A DNA stretch of 63,817 bases, the filler included, from Stramenopiles sp. TOSAG23-3 (Eukaryota): the NCBI GenBank assembly GCA_900128585.1. It is 10 parts of 10 records of this genome, joined end to end, with 100 filler letters (N's around TTAATTAATTAA, not from the genome) between each part and the next. Parts side by side here need not be neighbours in the genome. Positions count along the whole stretch, not along the records: positions 32,031 to 38,320 come from LT643346.1; positions 38,421 to 44,700 come from LT643347.1; positions 44,801 to 51,078 come from LT643348.1; 7 more parts are not named here. One strand, given 5' to 3'. Below are positions 33,935 through 45,004 of this stretch, in pieces. The translations under genes were made by a program, and so were the position numbers. The notes below the pieces were generated by a model. It worked only from the letters and a program-made list of their open reading frames with translations, was not told the origin of the DNA and did no database searches. Position 1 is the stretch's first letter. The number at the start of each line of letters is the position of its first letter.

Positions 33935-35701
33935 ATGAGCGCCTGGAGCAACGGGAACCCCCTGCAAACGGGTTCGCGAGACGAGCAAGGAAGCAACTTT
34001 CCTGGCCTAAACTCCGGCTTGCGGGGGTTGAACGTCAACAACAATGGCGGCGGAAGCAACAAGAACGACGGCGGCCAGTCCGGCAATTCGTCCCGTCTCT
34101 CGTCCTGGACCGTCCCGGGGGGGAACGGCAACGACCCGTCCTCCGTCGACGCCCGACAGCAGCAACAGGGCGGGGCGGGCCGCTCCCAAACGGCCCCTCC
34201 AGGCCTAGGAGATTACGGGAACATGTCGTCCATGCAACAGTTCGGTATGTACAACAACAATAGCCTCAACAACAACGGCTTCAACGAATCCCAGCAAGGG
34301 TGGGGGCAACAGTCCACCACAAGCTCGTTCTACCAACCGATGAACGGCGGCATAGACCCGGCACAGCAGCGCAACGACGGCGGGGGCAGCAACTTGCTCA
34401 TGGGCAACAACCCGCAGATGAATTTCGGGGCCAACGGCATGGGGAACTTCTACCCCCAACAGCAGCAGCAGCAGCATGGGTCCTCCATGGGGAACGCCGG
34501 GTACAACTCCAACATGATGGGGAACTTCTTCCAACAGCAAGTGCAGCAGCAGAACACGGGGGCCGGGGCGAACAAACACTTTGGAATGCCACAAATGCCC
34601 CAGCAGCGCAGCGATGGGGGGGACGAGTCCACTCGCCGCATGCAGCAGATCCAGCAGCAGGCTCTCATGTGGATGCAGCAGCAGATGGAGTCCCAAGGCC
34701 TTGCCGGCAACATGGGAAACTTTCCCCAGAACAACGGCTTCAGCGCAGCCCCCTCCACCGCCCTGAACCAGCCCCCCGGGCTTCCCGTCCCAGGGGAGGA
34801 CCGGGCCAAGGGGCCGGGCGGCAGGGACGCCAGGAGAAATGGTGGGAGCCCTAGCCAAGGGGGCGACCTTTCTTCCAACAGCAACTCGGAGAAGAGCGCG
34901 CGGCGCTCCCCAGTTGCCGCCGTCGAAGAGAAGAAGCCGAAGCAGGGTAGCATGCGTCGCTTCGCAGATGTAGCTGCAAGTCCAAGCCAAGATGGAAGCA
35001 AGAACCCGAACAACAAACCTGCCACGTGGCCGACCATCCGCGCGGCGAATCCCGTCCAGCCCGTAAAAGTAAAATCTACGCCAGCGCCCGCAGTCGAGCC
35101 GCGGACCAACCAAGTGCCCCCCTCGGTGACGCGGTCGTCATCGTCGGACGGGAGGTCCCGCACCGAAGCCAAGTACTACCAGGTTGAATTCCGAGCGCCC
35201 CGTCGCGACATCTTCGTAGGCTACGACGAGCACTTCAAAATCGGCGACCTTGTCAAAGTCGAGGCCGATCGAGGGGAAGACCTTGGGACCCTGATCCATA
35301 TATGGTCGGCCGAAGGGTTCGCCGACTGGCTGTCGAAGAACCAGGGCGGGAACAACCGTGCTTCGAGCAGCAAATACCACAAGCGAATGCTCCGCTTGGC
35401 CACCGAGGACGAGGTGAAAAAGATGACGAGCAAGATCCAAGAGGAAGACGCCGCGTTAGAAGTGTGCCGCACCAAAGCCGAGCAGCGAAAACTTCCCATG
35501 AAAGTCGTCAGTGCCGAGTACCAGTTTGACCGCCACAAGCTTACGTTTTACTTTGAGGCCGACCGAAGGATTGACTTTCGCGAACTTGTCCGTGACTTGT
35601 TCGCGTTGTACAAAACCAGGATATGGCTGCAGCAAATGTCTGCTGTCGCCATGCCGTCCGCCGCACCGAAAAGCGCGGGCCAACGGTTGAGGAAGCAGTA
35701 A
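33935..35701 (+). CDS. PSP1 C-terminal (PSP1/YaaT) domain protein with Q/N/G-rich low-complexity N-terminus
   Basis: VKVEADRGEDLG, AEYQFDRHKLTFYFEADRRIDFRELVRDLFALYKTRIWLQQ. Confidence 0.92.
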   Translation: MSAWSNGNPLQTGSRDEQGSNFPGLNSGLRGLNVNNNGGGSNKNDGGQSGNSSRLSSWTVPGGNGNDPSSVDARQQQQGGAGRSQTAPPGLGDYGNMSSMQQFGMYNNNSLNNNGFNESQQGWGQQSTTSSFYQPMNGGIDPAQQRNDGGGSNLLMGNNPQMNFGANGMGNFYPQQQQQQHGSSMGNAGYNSNMMGNFFQQQVQQQNTGAGANKHFGMPQMPQQRSDGGDESTRRMQQIQQQALMWMQQQMESQGLAGNMGNFPQNNGFSAAPSTALNQPPGLPVPGEDRAKGPGGRDARRNGGSPSQGGDLSSNSNSEKSARRSPVAAVEEKKPKQGSMRRFADVAASPSQDGSKNPNNKPATWPTIRAANPVQPVKVKSTPAPAVEPRTNQVPPSVTRSSSSDGRSRTEAKYYQVEFRAPRRDIFVGYDEHFKIGDLVKVEADRGEDLGTLIHIWSAEGFADWLSKNQGGNNRASSSKYHKRMLRLATEDEVKKMTSKIQEEDAALEVCRTKAEQRKLPMKVVSAEYQFDRHKLTFYFEADRRIDFRELVRDLFALYKTRIWLQQMSAVAMPSAAPKSAGQRLRKQ

Positions 35702-36581
35702 CGCTTAGGAGCGGAAGGTCAAATGCTGTATACTGTACTTCTTCGCCCGGTTGGTTCAAAGTCAAAAACGAAAAAATGTTGGAACGGGGCGCTGAACGGC
35801 GCGAGGGTGGGGTGGGGCATACTGCCCTGCGACGTACGGCAACGCGCGTGAAAGCACGACGGGGCGCAAGGAAAGCAATAAACTAAATGTAGAGCGTGAC
35901 CACAAGATAATAAAGTACATACCCTCTTGCTGCAACTTTCTGGGAACAAATGGATGGGCACATAGAATTGAAATTGTGCGCACCCCATTTTAATAAAGCA
36001 TACAAGAAAGGGAGGCAAGAAAGTTAGACAATATACGTGGGAACCATTAGACGCTTTTCCTTGCGAAACCATGCCCGTGCAAAGCTCGACAACACCCTCA
36101 CGGGACGACACTATATAACATAAAATACAGAAGAAAGAGCACATTCTAGAGTGACGAGAGAACCACTCAGTGAAGAATATAAAATACAGGATAAACGCAA
36201 CAATGTACAAAGTTTGAAAACATTGTAATACAACAGCGATGAATCGGGGGCGTGACGACCGCGCCCCAACCAATTACTGAAACAGACACACAAGAAAATA
36301 TTTAAACGCAACACGCGGCTGCTGCACGCGCAGAGGTTGCCCTGCTGCATTGTTCACGGTATTCTTGGCAGAACTATCTGCCGTGAATTTTTCAGCAAGG
36401 CGGCCATCCTACTACTAAGGTAGCGAGAGCAGCAAGCCAACGATAGAAAAGTAAAAGCTAATCTAGAGCTTTGATTTACTCCCCGAAAAAATGATACGTA
36501 AAAAGTACACTAAATTCTTTTCTAAACGAACGTGCTAAATAAGTACGTATGTGTCTCAATAAAACGCGTCTCCCCCCCACT

Positions 36582-38039
36582 TTACACCAAATGTTTCACC
36601 GCGTCGCTGATCGGGTCGGTGCTTCTGCGAAAGATTTTCTCCATGTCGTGCTCGTAGTGGCCCAAATTGTATAGCGTTGACCCCCCTTCGGCTTGCTGTT
36701 CCATCAGCTCCATACGCCCAACTGTGCGCCAATGCACTTCGTCGGGGCCGTCTGCAAACCTTAGCCACCTTGCCCAGTTGAACGTGGACGCCAAGGGAGT
36801 GTCTTGGGACAATCCCATGGCCCCATGCGATTGCATCACGCGATCAGCGACTTTTTGCACTGCAAGGGGTACAACCGCCTTGCACATGGACAGCTCCTTC
36901 CTGGCAGCCTTCGACCCTTCCATGTCCACCCTACGGGCGGCATTCTGGACGAGCATTCTCGCCATAGAAATTTCGTTCCTAGACTTGGCAATGTCCTGCA
37001 AGATGGTGTCGAACGCTGCAAGTTTTTTCCCAAACGCTTCCCGCTCCGACACACGCCTGCACATCAGGCTGAGCGCCCGCTCGGCAGCTCCAATCAGGCG
37101 CATGCAGTGGTGGATGCGCCCTGGGCCAAGTCGTGCTTGGGCGATCTCGAACCCACGGCCTTCCCCGGCAAGCACGTTCTCAAAAGGGACCCGAACGTCT
37201 TCAAACAAAATGTCCATGTGGCCCTTAGGGGCGTCGTCGTCCCCCATAACGTACATGGGCCGCAACAGGGTCATCCCGGGGGTGTCCATGGGAATCAGCA
37301 CCATGGACTGTTGCAAGTGCTTCGACGCGCCCAGATCCGTCTTCCCCATGAGTATCATAATTTTGCAGTGCAACGACCCAGCGCCGGTGATAAACCACTT
37401 CCTGCCATTGATGACGTACTCGCTGCGGGCGTCGTCTTTCTCGATGTTTATGCTTATGTTGGTCGCATCTGAACTCGCGACGGCCGGTTCCGTCATCGCA
37501 AAGCACGACCGCATGTGGCCGTCCAACAACGGGCGCAACCATGCCTCTTTCTGTTCCGTCGTCGCGAACCGGCCCAGCGTCTCCATATTTCCAGTATCCG
37601 GCGAGCAGCAATTCATTGCATGCGACGCAAACTCCATGTGGTTGCTCGTGCCCATAATTTCGCACAGCTCTCCGTACTGCGATGTGTTTAGCCCTGCGCC
37701 GTCGTACCCCTCACCCATGTCCATCACCACCCCAAGCTCATTCGGCAACCACAGGTTCCAAAGGCCTTCACTTTTTGCTTTATCCTTCAATTCAGTTAAG
37801 ATGGGAGGGTCATGCCACTCGTTCCCTGCCTTTTCAATGGCCTTGGACTGGTGTTCAAACAATTTTTCGTTCGGGTATATATCTGACCGCATAAATGACC
37901 ACAATTTCTCTTTCATTTCTTCAAATTCTCCCGGGGGAAGGCCAGGGTTGTTGAGTGTAGAACCCGCCCGCACCGCCGTTCTCCTCAGGACCGCGTGCCC
38001 CACGAGCTGCTTCGCGAAATTCGTGGTAACAGCAAACAT
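36582..38039 (-). CDS. Acyl-CoA dehydrogenase (ACAD10/11-type ACAD domain, standalone) with probable mitochondrial presequence
   Basis: SPDTGNME, FAMTEP, INGRKWFITGA, RLGPGRIHHCMR, FADGPDEVH. Confidence 0.92.
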   Translation of the reverse strand: MFAVTTNFAKQLVGHAVLRRTAVRAGSTLNNPGLPPGEFEEMKEKLWSFMRSDIYPNEKLFEHQSKAIEKAGNEWHDPPILTELKDKAKSEGLWNLWLPNELGVVMDMGEGYDGAGLNTSQYGELCEIMGTSNHMEFASHAMNCCSPDTGNMETLGRFATTEQKEAWLRPLLDGHMRSCFAMTEPAVASSDATNISINIEKDDARSEYVINGRKWFITGAGSLHCKIMILMGKTDLGASKHLQQSMVLIPMDTPGMTLLRPMYVMGDDDAPKGHMDILFEDVRVPFENVLAGEGRGFEIAQARLGPGRIHHCMRLIGAAERALSLMCRRVSEREAFGKKLAAFDTILQDIAKSRNEISMARMLVQNAARRVDMEGSKAARKELSMCKAVVPLAVQKVADRVMQSHGAMGLSQDTPLASTFNWARWLRFADGPDEVHWRTVGRMELMEQQAEGGSTLYNLGHYEHDMEKIFRRSTDPISDAVKHLV

Positions 38040-38420
38040 AGGTTTGTCTAATATAATTTGTGAAATTACAGTTTGTGTGTAAACATGTAATACATATGCC
38101 CTCCCTCTATTTTCTAAACCAATACTTTCTTATAAATACCATATAACAATTTTGTATATATATACATACAATATTTGTTTTTGAATTATTCCCCACCGCC
38201 ACCACCACCAATTTAATAATAGTTCTTTTTATTATTTTTTTTTATTAGTAGTACTCTCGTCTTCTATTTATTATACTATAATTCGATATAATACAATATT
38301 AATACTATTTCTATGATGATNNNNNNNNNNNNNNNNNNNNNNNNNNNNNNNNNNNNNNNNNNNNTTAATTAATTAANNNNNNNNNNNNNNNNNNNNNNNN
38401 NNNNNNNNNNNNNNNNNNNN

Positions 38421-38465
<45 letters not shown>

Positions 38466-38696
38466 ATTCATCTGCTCGTAAACAACTGTTTCTACTGTAG
38501 TAGGAGTAACAATCTTCAATTCTATAATTTAATTATTTAGAAAATGATATATATTTATATACTATATATAATCATATACAACGTTCGTTTGCAAGAAAAA
38601 AACAAAAGGACATCACAGGGCACGCACACTCCAACTTTTGTCTCTATTTTAATCTCCACACACACCTAAAACAACAACAACAACAACAATAACAAA

Positions 38697-39677
38697 ATGT
38701 ATTTCAACGCATCCCGCCGTACCTTGACAAGGGCCTTGGCAACTGCCACCTCTTCCACAAGGTCCATGTCGTCGAAGGTTGGGTTCATTGGGCTTGGAAA
38801 CATGGGGGGGCACATGGCCCACAACCTGCTCAAGGCCAAGCATGAGGTCGTCGTCTTTGACGTTGCCCAGTCCGCGGTCGACAAGGCGGTCGCCCAAGGG
38901 GCCTCCTCCGCGGCCACACCCAGGGAGCTGGCCGCCGAAGGGTGCGACACCATCGTCACCATGCTCCCCTCCAACCCCCACGTCGTGTCCGTGTACACCG
39001 ACCCGGAGACTGGGATTTTGGCGTCCGTGAAGAAGGGTGCACTGCTCATCGACAGCAGCACCATCGACCCGAACGTGTCCCGGCAGGTCGCCGCGGAAGC
39101 GGAAAAGGCTGGGGCGACCATGGTCGACGCCCCCGTCTCCGGGGGGGTGGGGGGCGCAGAGGCCGGGACCCTGACCTTTATGGTGGGCGGCACGGACGAT
39201 GCGTTCCAGCGGGCAGAGACCGTCCTCAAAGTGATGGGCGGAAACATTGTACATTGTGGGGACGTTGGGACTGGGGAGGTGGCGAAGCTCTGCAACAACC
39301 TGGTCCTCGGCATCTCCATGGCCGGGGTCTGCGAGGCCATGAACCTCGGCATACAGTTAGGCATCGATCGGAAGAAATTGGCGGACATCATGAACACCTC
39401 CACCGCACGCTGCTGGAGCAGCGACACGTACAACCCGTGCCCGGGCGTCATGGAAGGTGTCCCCGCCAGTCGTGGGTACGAAGGCGGATTTGGGAGTGCG
39501 CTCATGCAGAAGGACCTTGGCCTCGTCATGGACGCCGGGAAGACCATGGGGGCGCCGCTCCCCATGGGGGGCGCCGCCCACCAAATGTACTCCTTGATGA
39601 GCGCCCACGGCGCAGGCCACAAGGATTTCGGGGCCCTCTTCGAGTTTCTCACAGGCGACCACATGGAGAAGAAGTGA
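38697..39677 (+). CDS. HIBADH: 3-hydroxyisobutyrate dehydrogenase, mitochondrial
   Basis: GFIGLGNMG, DAPVSGG, AKLCNN, CWSSDTYNPCPGV; R/T/S-rich presequence. Confidence 0.95.
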   Translation: MYFNASRRTLTRALATATSSTRSMSSKVGFIGLGNMGGHMAHNLLKAKHEVVVFDVAQSAVDKAVAQGASSAATPRELAAEGCDTIVTMLPSNPHVVSVYTDPETGILASVKKGALLIDSSTIDPNVSRQVAAEAEKAGATMVDAPVSGGVGGAEAGTLTFMVGGTDDAFQRAETVLKVMGGNIVHCGDVGTGEVAKLCNNLVLGISMAGVCEAMNLGIQLGIDRKKLADIMNTSTARCWSSDTYNPCPGVMEGVPASRGYEGGFGSALMQKDLGLVMDAGKTMGAPLPMGGAAHQMYSLMSAHGAGHKDFGALFEFLTGDHMEKK

Positions 39678-39867
39678 GGGGGAAGGAGGAAGACGTGAAA
39701 CGTGGACGGAAAAACATTTTTTTAATTCTTATGATGTACATGGTAAGAGCATTTTATAACAAGTCCGAATTCGGTTTAATGAAATGGTCGAACTCGGGCG
39801 TTCTAAAAATCTGCACCCTTTCCCGGCCTTGGACCCTACCCTACATAAGGAGAAGACGGGTTCCTTC

Positions 39868-41004
39868 TCACGGCAGCGTCTCGAGGGCTCTCGGGCCCAC
39901 GCCGCCAGGGCCGCCCCAGCCGTCTGGCTTGTTCCCCAAAATTTCATCGATCGCTTTCATGTGCTCGTCCGTGAGCTGAAGGGCAATCTTAAGGGCCCCC
40001 AAGTTTTCTTCAAGCTGGTGGACTTTTGTCGCCCCGAGCAACACCGTCGTGACGTTCTTGTTCTTCACGGTCCAAGCAATCGCGAGCTGGGACACGGTGC
40101 ACTGAAACGTCGACTTGGCGTACTCCGACAGTCTCTTCACCTTCTCAATCGAACCGTCCGCAATGAAGGATTTCAAACGGGCCTGTAGCCACTTGTAGCC
40201 CTTCGCGTCCATCCTCGACCCGCCGGGTATGTTCTCCAGGCTTCCGTCGTCCGCAACGGTCACCCCGTTGTACTTTCCCGTAATAAGCCCCGATTTCAAC
40301 GGGCTCCACGTTGTCGTTCCAAAGTTGTACGGGGCTTGGAACATGGGAAAGTACTCTTTTTCGAACCGTTCGCGGTGAAACATGTTGTACTGCGGCTGCT
40401 CGAACTGGGGGGGCTCGTGCCCTTCCATCTTTGCAATGTAAAAGGCCTCCGTGAGCTGCTGCGCGGACCACTCGGACGTTCCCCACGCAGTCGCCTGCCC
40501 GCCCCGGACTAAACTTGACATAGCGCGAACCACCGTAGCGGTAGGTGTGTAAGGGTCGGGGCGGTGGCAAAATACAAGGTCGACGTAGTCCATCTGCAAC
40601 CTCTCCAGGGAGCTTCTCATTCCCTCCATAATGTGCTTCTTCGACAACCCCTTTTCGTTCACGCCGCCTCCCCCCCAGAATATTTTTGTCGTCACCAGGA
40701 TGTCGCTCCGCCTCCACAACGACGGGTCTTCGCTGCGCAGCTGAGACAGCGCTTCGCCCATAATCGTCTCTGCGGCACCCTGGGGGTTTCCGTACGTCTC
40801 CGCGTTGTCGAACAGGTTCACACCGCCTTTCCGTGCAAGGGTCATTATCTTCTTTGCCGCGTCGATCCCGTCCTGATCGCACAAATCTTCTTTCGCACCA
40901 AAGGTAGCCCAAAAACCGAAAGAGAGCACGGACACCTGCAGTCCTGTGTTGCCAAGCATACGGTACAACATTTTCTGGGGTTCGACAGACACGTTGGAGG
41001 CCAT
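39868..41004 (-). CDS. Aldo-keto reductase, voltage-gated K+ channel beta-subunit (Kv-beta/KAB) family
   Basis: YRMLGNTGLQVSVLSFGFW, FDNAETY, TKIFWGG, FCHRPD, WGTSEWSA, EQPQYNMF, WSPL. Confidence 0.92.
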   Translation of the reverse strand: MASNVSVEPQKMLYRMLGNTGLQVSVLSFGFWATFGAKEDLCDQDGIDAAKKIMTLARKGGVNLFDNAETYGNPQGAAETIMGEALSQLRSEDPSLWRRSDILVTTKIFWGGGGVNEKGLSKKHIMEGMRSSLERLQMDYVDLVFCHRPDPYTPTATVVRAMSSLVRGGQATAWGTSEWSAQQLTEAFYIAKMEGHEPPQFEQPQYNMFHRERFEKEYFPMFQAPYNFGTTTWSPLKSGLITGKYNGVTVADDGSLENIPGGSRMDAKGYKWLQARLKSFIADGSIEKVKRLSEYAKSTFQCTVSQLAIAWTVKNKNVTTVLLGATKVHQLEENLGALKIALQLTDEHMKAIDEILGNKPDGWGGPGGVGPRALETLP

Positions 41005-41679
41005 GATGTTTTCGAAACAACAATTTCCTTTTTTTTCCAAACAATGTTCGTTCGGAATCGACTGGGTTGGTTGCTGTAGAAATAAAACCAGGTGTGTTAA
41101 TTTGTTACAGGACAAAAAGTGGGTTGGTTGAATTTGGTGATTACAGTTATGTTATGGCGTCAGTCTTTTAAAAGATTCCAGTCCAACTGACGACAGTGCT
41201 GCTGATCATTGGTTGTTCTTGCACTTGACCGATAGATAATATATAGTTTTGCTTCTTCTAATTCTTCTGTTTGTTAGTTGGAGGGGGAAGGCTTATTAGC
41301 TCTGATGATTGTGAATAATGTGAATGTGGTGCCGCCGTCATCAATCGAAGAAGAGAAGAAAAGAAAACAGAAAAAGACACCACACACCATTGAAGGAACG
41401 AAGAAGAAAAAAAGATACGAATAATATTTTTCTATGCTGTGTTTATGTATTATATATATTTAAAGATACTAATTTTTATTCTCTCTTTGTTCCTGTGCTG
41501 TGTTCCTGTTATATTTATGTAATGAATATCTTTTCTTCTTCTTTATTTTTTTCGCTAAAAAATAAAATTAAAAAAGGAGGGTGGTTTCACAATAAGTCGG
41601 TACGTATGGTTAATATGTTGATGAAAGGGAGAAAAAAGATGATAAGATTGTCTTTATATGACTGAATACCTAGTCTTGT

Positions 41680-42852
41680 CTACATTTTTGAACGATAGAA
41701 TGTTCCATTTTCGTCTTCGCGTTTGACCCAAGGTTTCCGTTTGCTCCATCCACTGATATTGAGTGGAGACGCAATCAGGTGTATTGGATTCTTCTTCCCC
41801 GTTTCGTCGGTGTTGTGCAGACTCATCGTCATTTTTCTGTACTGTAATTGGGGCTCGGCCAACGCTTCTTGCAAGTTGTTGACTCGCCCACAAGGCACGC
41901 CCTCGTTTGAAAATTTCTCCATCCACTCGTCGGTGGTCCTATGACTAAGGGCTTCCTCCAGCATTCCTTTGAAGAGGCCGTAGTTCCTGCGGCGGTGCAC
42001 TGTTGTTTTGAACCGAGCGTCATTCTCGGCCTTCATGCCTGGCCGCTCGATGACATCGCATATTCTCTCGTAAAAATGCGACTGCATGCCGATGAGCGCA
42101 ATGAGGCCGTCCTTTGTGCGGTATGTATCAAAGGGAGCCGCACTCCGGGACGAGGACCCAGACCGGGCCGGCTGTTTTCCGTTGTCGAACCCAGGCGTGC
42201 TGTTCAGAGAGCGTATTAGCAAAGGCGCAACCACTGCCGCCATTACATCTAACATTCCAACGTCTACGTAAGAACCTAGGTCGGTCGTTCCCCGTCCTAT
42301 TATCGCAGACAAGATTCCTATGCTGCCATAGAGCCCAGCAGTAACGTCCGCTATTGGAGCCCCAACGCCCACTGGCGGTTTGTCGCTGAACCCAGTCGTG
42401 GACATAATTCCAGACATTGCCTGAATCACCACGTCCATGGCTGGCCGATTCTTCCACGGGCCTGTCTGGCCAAACCCGCTGATAGAGCACATAATCAGCT
42501 TTGGAAACATGCGATGGACTCGTTCCCACCCAAAACCCATTTGTTCAATTACCCCAGCTTTGAAATTTTCCACGAGGACATCTGCGTCTTTGAGCAGCAT
42601 CTCCAACTGACGCTTGCCGTCTTCGCTCCGCAAATCCATGGAAACGCGCTCTTTGTTGTTGGAAATCCACGCAAACGCAACCTTGCTTCGTGACATTATA
42701 TCCCCCGTGCTTCCTTCCTGTTCGACCTTGATAACTTTCGCCCCCATGTCTGCGAGTACCCTAGTCGCTTGTGGCCCCGCTAGCTGCCGTGTGAGATCAA
42801 CAACAACAATGTTGTGCAACGGCCCCTCGGACACATGGTTTCGCGTGTACAT
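41680..42852 (-). CDS. Family III CoA-transferase (CaiB/BaiF/Frc/SUGCT-like)
   Basis: VVDLTRQLAGP, DMGAKVIKVE, ADVLVENFK, CSISGFGQTGP, QAMSGIMSTTG, catalytic-type IADVTAG. Confidence 0.92.
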   Translation of the reverse strand: MYTRNHVSEGPLHNIVVVDLTRQLAGPQATRVLADMGAKVIKVEQEGSTGDIMSRSKVAFAWISNNKERVSMDLRSEDGKRQLEMLLKDADVLVENFKAGVIEQMGFGWERVHRMFPKLIMCSISGFGQTGPWKNRPAMDVVIQAMSGIMSTTGFSDKPPVGVGAPIADVTAGLYGSIGILSAIIGRGTTDLGSYVDVGMLDVMAAVVAPLLIRSLNSTPGFDNGKQPARSGSSSRSAAPFDTYRTKDGLIALIGMQSHFYERICDVIERPGMKAENDARFKTTVHRRRNYGLFKGMLEEALSHRTTDEWMEKFSNEGVPCGRVNNLQEALAEPQLQYRKMTMSLHNTDETGKKNPIHLIASPLNISGWSKRKPWVKREDENGTFYRSKM

Positions 42853-43313
42853 GATGGTGAGGAAAACGATGCGGAATCATATCAAAAAATATTGACCGAA
42901 TAATTTGTTTCGTTTTCATTTTCAATTAGAAGTTTTTTGTTTGGTTTCAGTAAGTGAAAAAAAAAAGTGAAATACTATTTTGATTGACACTTTTATTTTT
43001 GTTATATTATAATAAAGCTATAATAAATAAATAATATTTTATTTATTATATATTAATATTGAAGGAAGAAGAAGAAGAAGAAGAGAATGGGGAGGAAGGA
43101 GGAGGAGAGTGTTGATGATGAAAGGAGGAAGGTATCTTTTTCATATCCTATACATTCATAGGCAAATAATAATATTTAAGTATACAAACAAGTACAATGA
43201 ATGAAAATGAACCAATAATATTTTTTATTTTTTTCAACAATAAACCAATAAAATTAATCATCTTCTTCTCTTTTTCTTCTTAAATAAAAATCTTTTTTTC
43301 GAAGAACTTTGTA

Positions 43314-44255
43314 CTAGAACAGATTGTTAAGTTCTCTTCTCTTGGAGGAGAATATTTTTCCCACTACAATTGCCGCGGCGCCCTCCATAAGTTCCATCCC
43401 TCCAATGCCTAGCAAAGGGTAGTTTTTAAAAATGTAGTAAACGGGCAGTCCAAACGTGAAAAAAGCAAAGCGCCAATGGTTTGCAAACGTTTTCCAGGCT
43501 TTCCCGCTCATCCGCATGGCGACTTGCGCCATGAGCATGCTGGACGCAGCGCAGCTGCACTGGTACGCAATCCCGCACTGCAGGGCACAATCCAAGACCA
43601 GCCCGGAAGAGAAGACCACGTCACCGGGAGAGCTCAGGTAGCGGAGCAGAACGCTTCCGGCAACACACAACAGACAAACTGCCATGGAATTGAGCTCGAG
43701 CAATTGCTGCAGGGGAGCTATGTACTGGGACCAAAGGTAGTAGACACCTCCGCCTGCACAAACCACCAGTAAGACAACGAGAACGACTGCCCCTACCAAA
43801 AACGGAACAGAGACCGCCATGAACGGGGCGGCCATGGCCAGAGCAAGGCAAAGGGCGACGGCAATTGCCGCGTGAAACAGCCGCGTGCAAATGATCCATG
43901 CCAGGCTTTGGCGAATAGGGTGCGACTCTAGCGTTTTTGAAAACCCGGGGGCCGCGCTGTCAAGGCAGTGCCTCCACGTGCCTTGGGCAAACGAGAGGCG
44001 AGGGAAAATGTGCTGTGCAAAGAGAAGGGTGCACCCTGCCACGGCCTGCAGAATGGACGCAAACCCAACCCTTCCGAGCAAGCAGTAAAACATTCCAGTG
44101 GACACGGACCAAACGGCCGTGCACAAGAGCGGCAGACGAAACAACATGGGAACAAGTATTCTTCCCGGCGATCGTAGGACCACAGGGAACACTTCTAACC
44201 AGCACACGCTACCGTATCCCATTTGTGCCCATGGGCTTATTGCCGTCGAGGTCAT
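43314..44255 (-). CDS. Multi-pass membrane protein, weakly EI24-like
   Basis: Many hydrophobic segments; HWRFAFFTFGLP resembles the EI24 FGFGLP motif (weak). Confidence 0.6.
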   Translation of the reverse strand: MTSTAISPWAQMGYGSVCWLEVFPVVLRSPGRILVPMLFRLPLLCTAVWSVSTGMFYCLLGRVGFASILQAVAGCTLLFAQHIFPRLSFAQGTWRHCLDSAAPGFSKTLESHPIRQSLAWIICTRLFHAAIAVALCLALAMAAPFMAVSVPFLVGAVVLVVLLVVCAGGGVYYLWSQYIAPLQQLLELNSMAVCLLCVAGSVLLRYLSSPGDVVFSSGLVLDCALQCGIAYQCSCAASSMLMAQVAMRMSGKAWKTFANHWRFAFFTFGLPVYYIFKNYPLLGIGGMELMEGAAAIVVGKIFSSKRRELNNLF

Positions 44256-44579
44256 CCTTGCGGAGGAAACAACTTATTACATACAGACAAAAAATGGAAA
44301 TTCTGTAATAAGTAATAACAATAAATCTATATCCGAAAGATTCAATAATCAATAATTTCTTTCTTTTCTATCATCTATATATTTTTCTATATATATATAC
44401 TAATGCACACACATATTTACAAACATTTTGATAATAATATATATATAGACTAACATCTTTCTTTCTTCAAGTCGTCTTCTTTCTAATAATAAAAAACTTC
44501 AACAACAACAGAAGGGGAGGCAGGAGGAGAAGAAAGAAGAATCCAAACAACAAAACAAAAAAATATTATTATTAGAAAA

Positions 44580-44623
44580 GAAGAGAAGAAAGAAGAAAGA
44601 AAGAAGAAAGAAAGAAAGAAGAT

Positions 44624-44698
<75 letters not shown>

Positions 44699-44700
44699 AA
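44580..44700. repeat. (GAAA)n microsatellite at contig end
   Basis: Direct. Confidence 0.95.
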
Positions 44701-45004
44701 NNNNNNNNNNNNNNNNNNNNNNNNNNNNNNNNNNNNNNNNNNNNTTAATTAATTAANNNNNNNNNNNNNNNNNNNNNNNNNNNNNNNNNNNNNNNNNNNN
44801 AAACTAATAAAATTTTGTGGTAATTTATATCTTCTCTTCTTCTCGAAAGCGAAGGTAAGGTCGTCTATTTTCTAAAGGAGCCGCAACGTTCTGAAGATAT
44901 GAAAATTGGAGATTTACAATCCATAACCCGAGTAGAACTGTTTTTGCGTTTGCTGTTCATAGTGTAAAGAAAATCCAAGTAGCGGAAGACGTTCGGTGCA
45001 AAGC

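Noticed and set aside
36667..38082. Long antisense ORFs (also 751-2298, 38666-39664, 40145-41044 in an alternative frame, 58735-59742)
   Set aside because: Shadows of GC-rich real genes; no recognisable motifs
36582..39677. ACAD next to HIBADH as a valine-catabolism cluster
   Set aside because: Separated by a linker (38321-38420), so not physically linked
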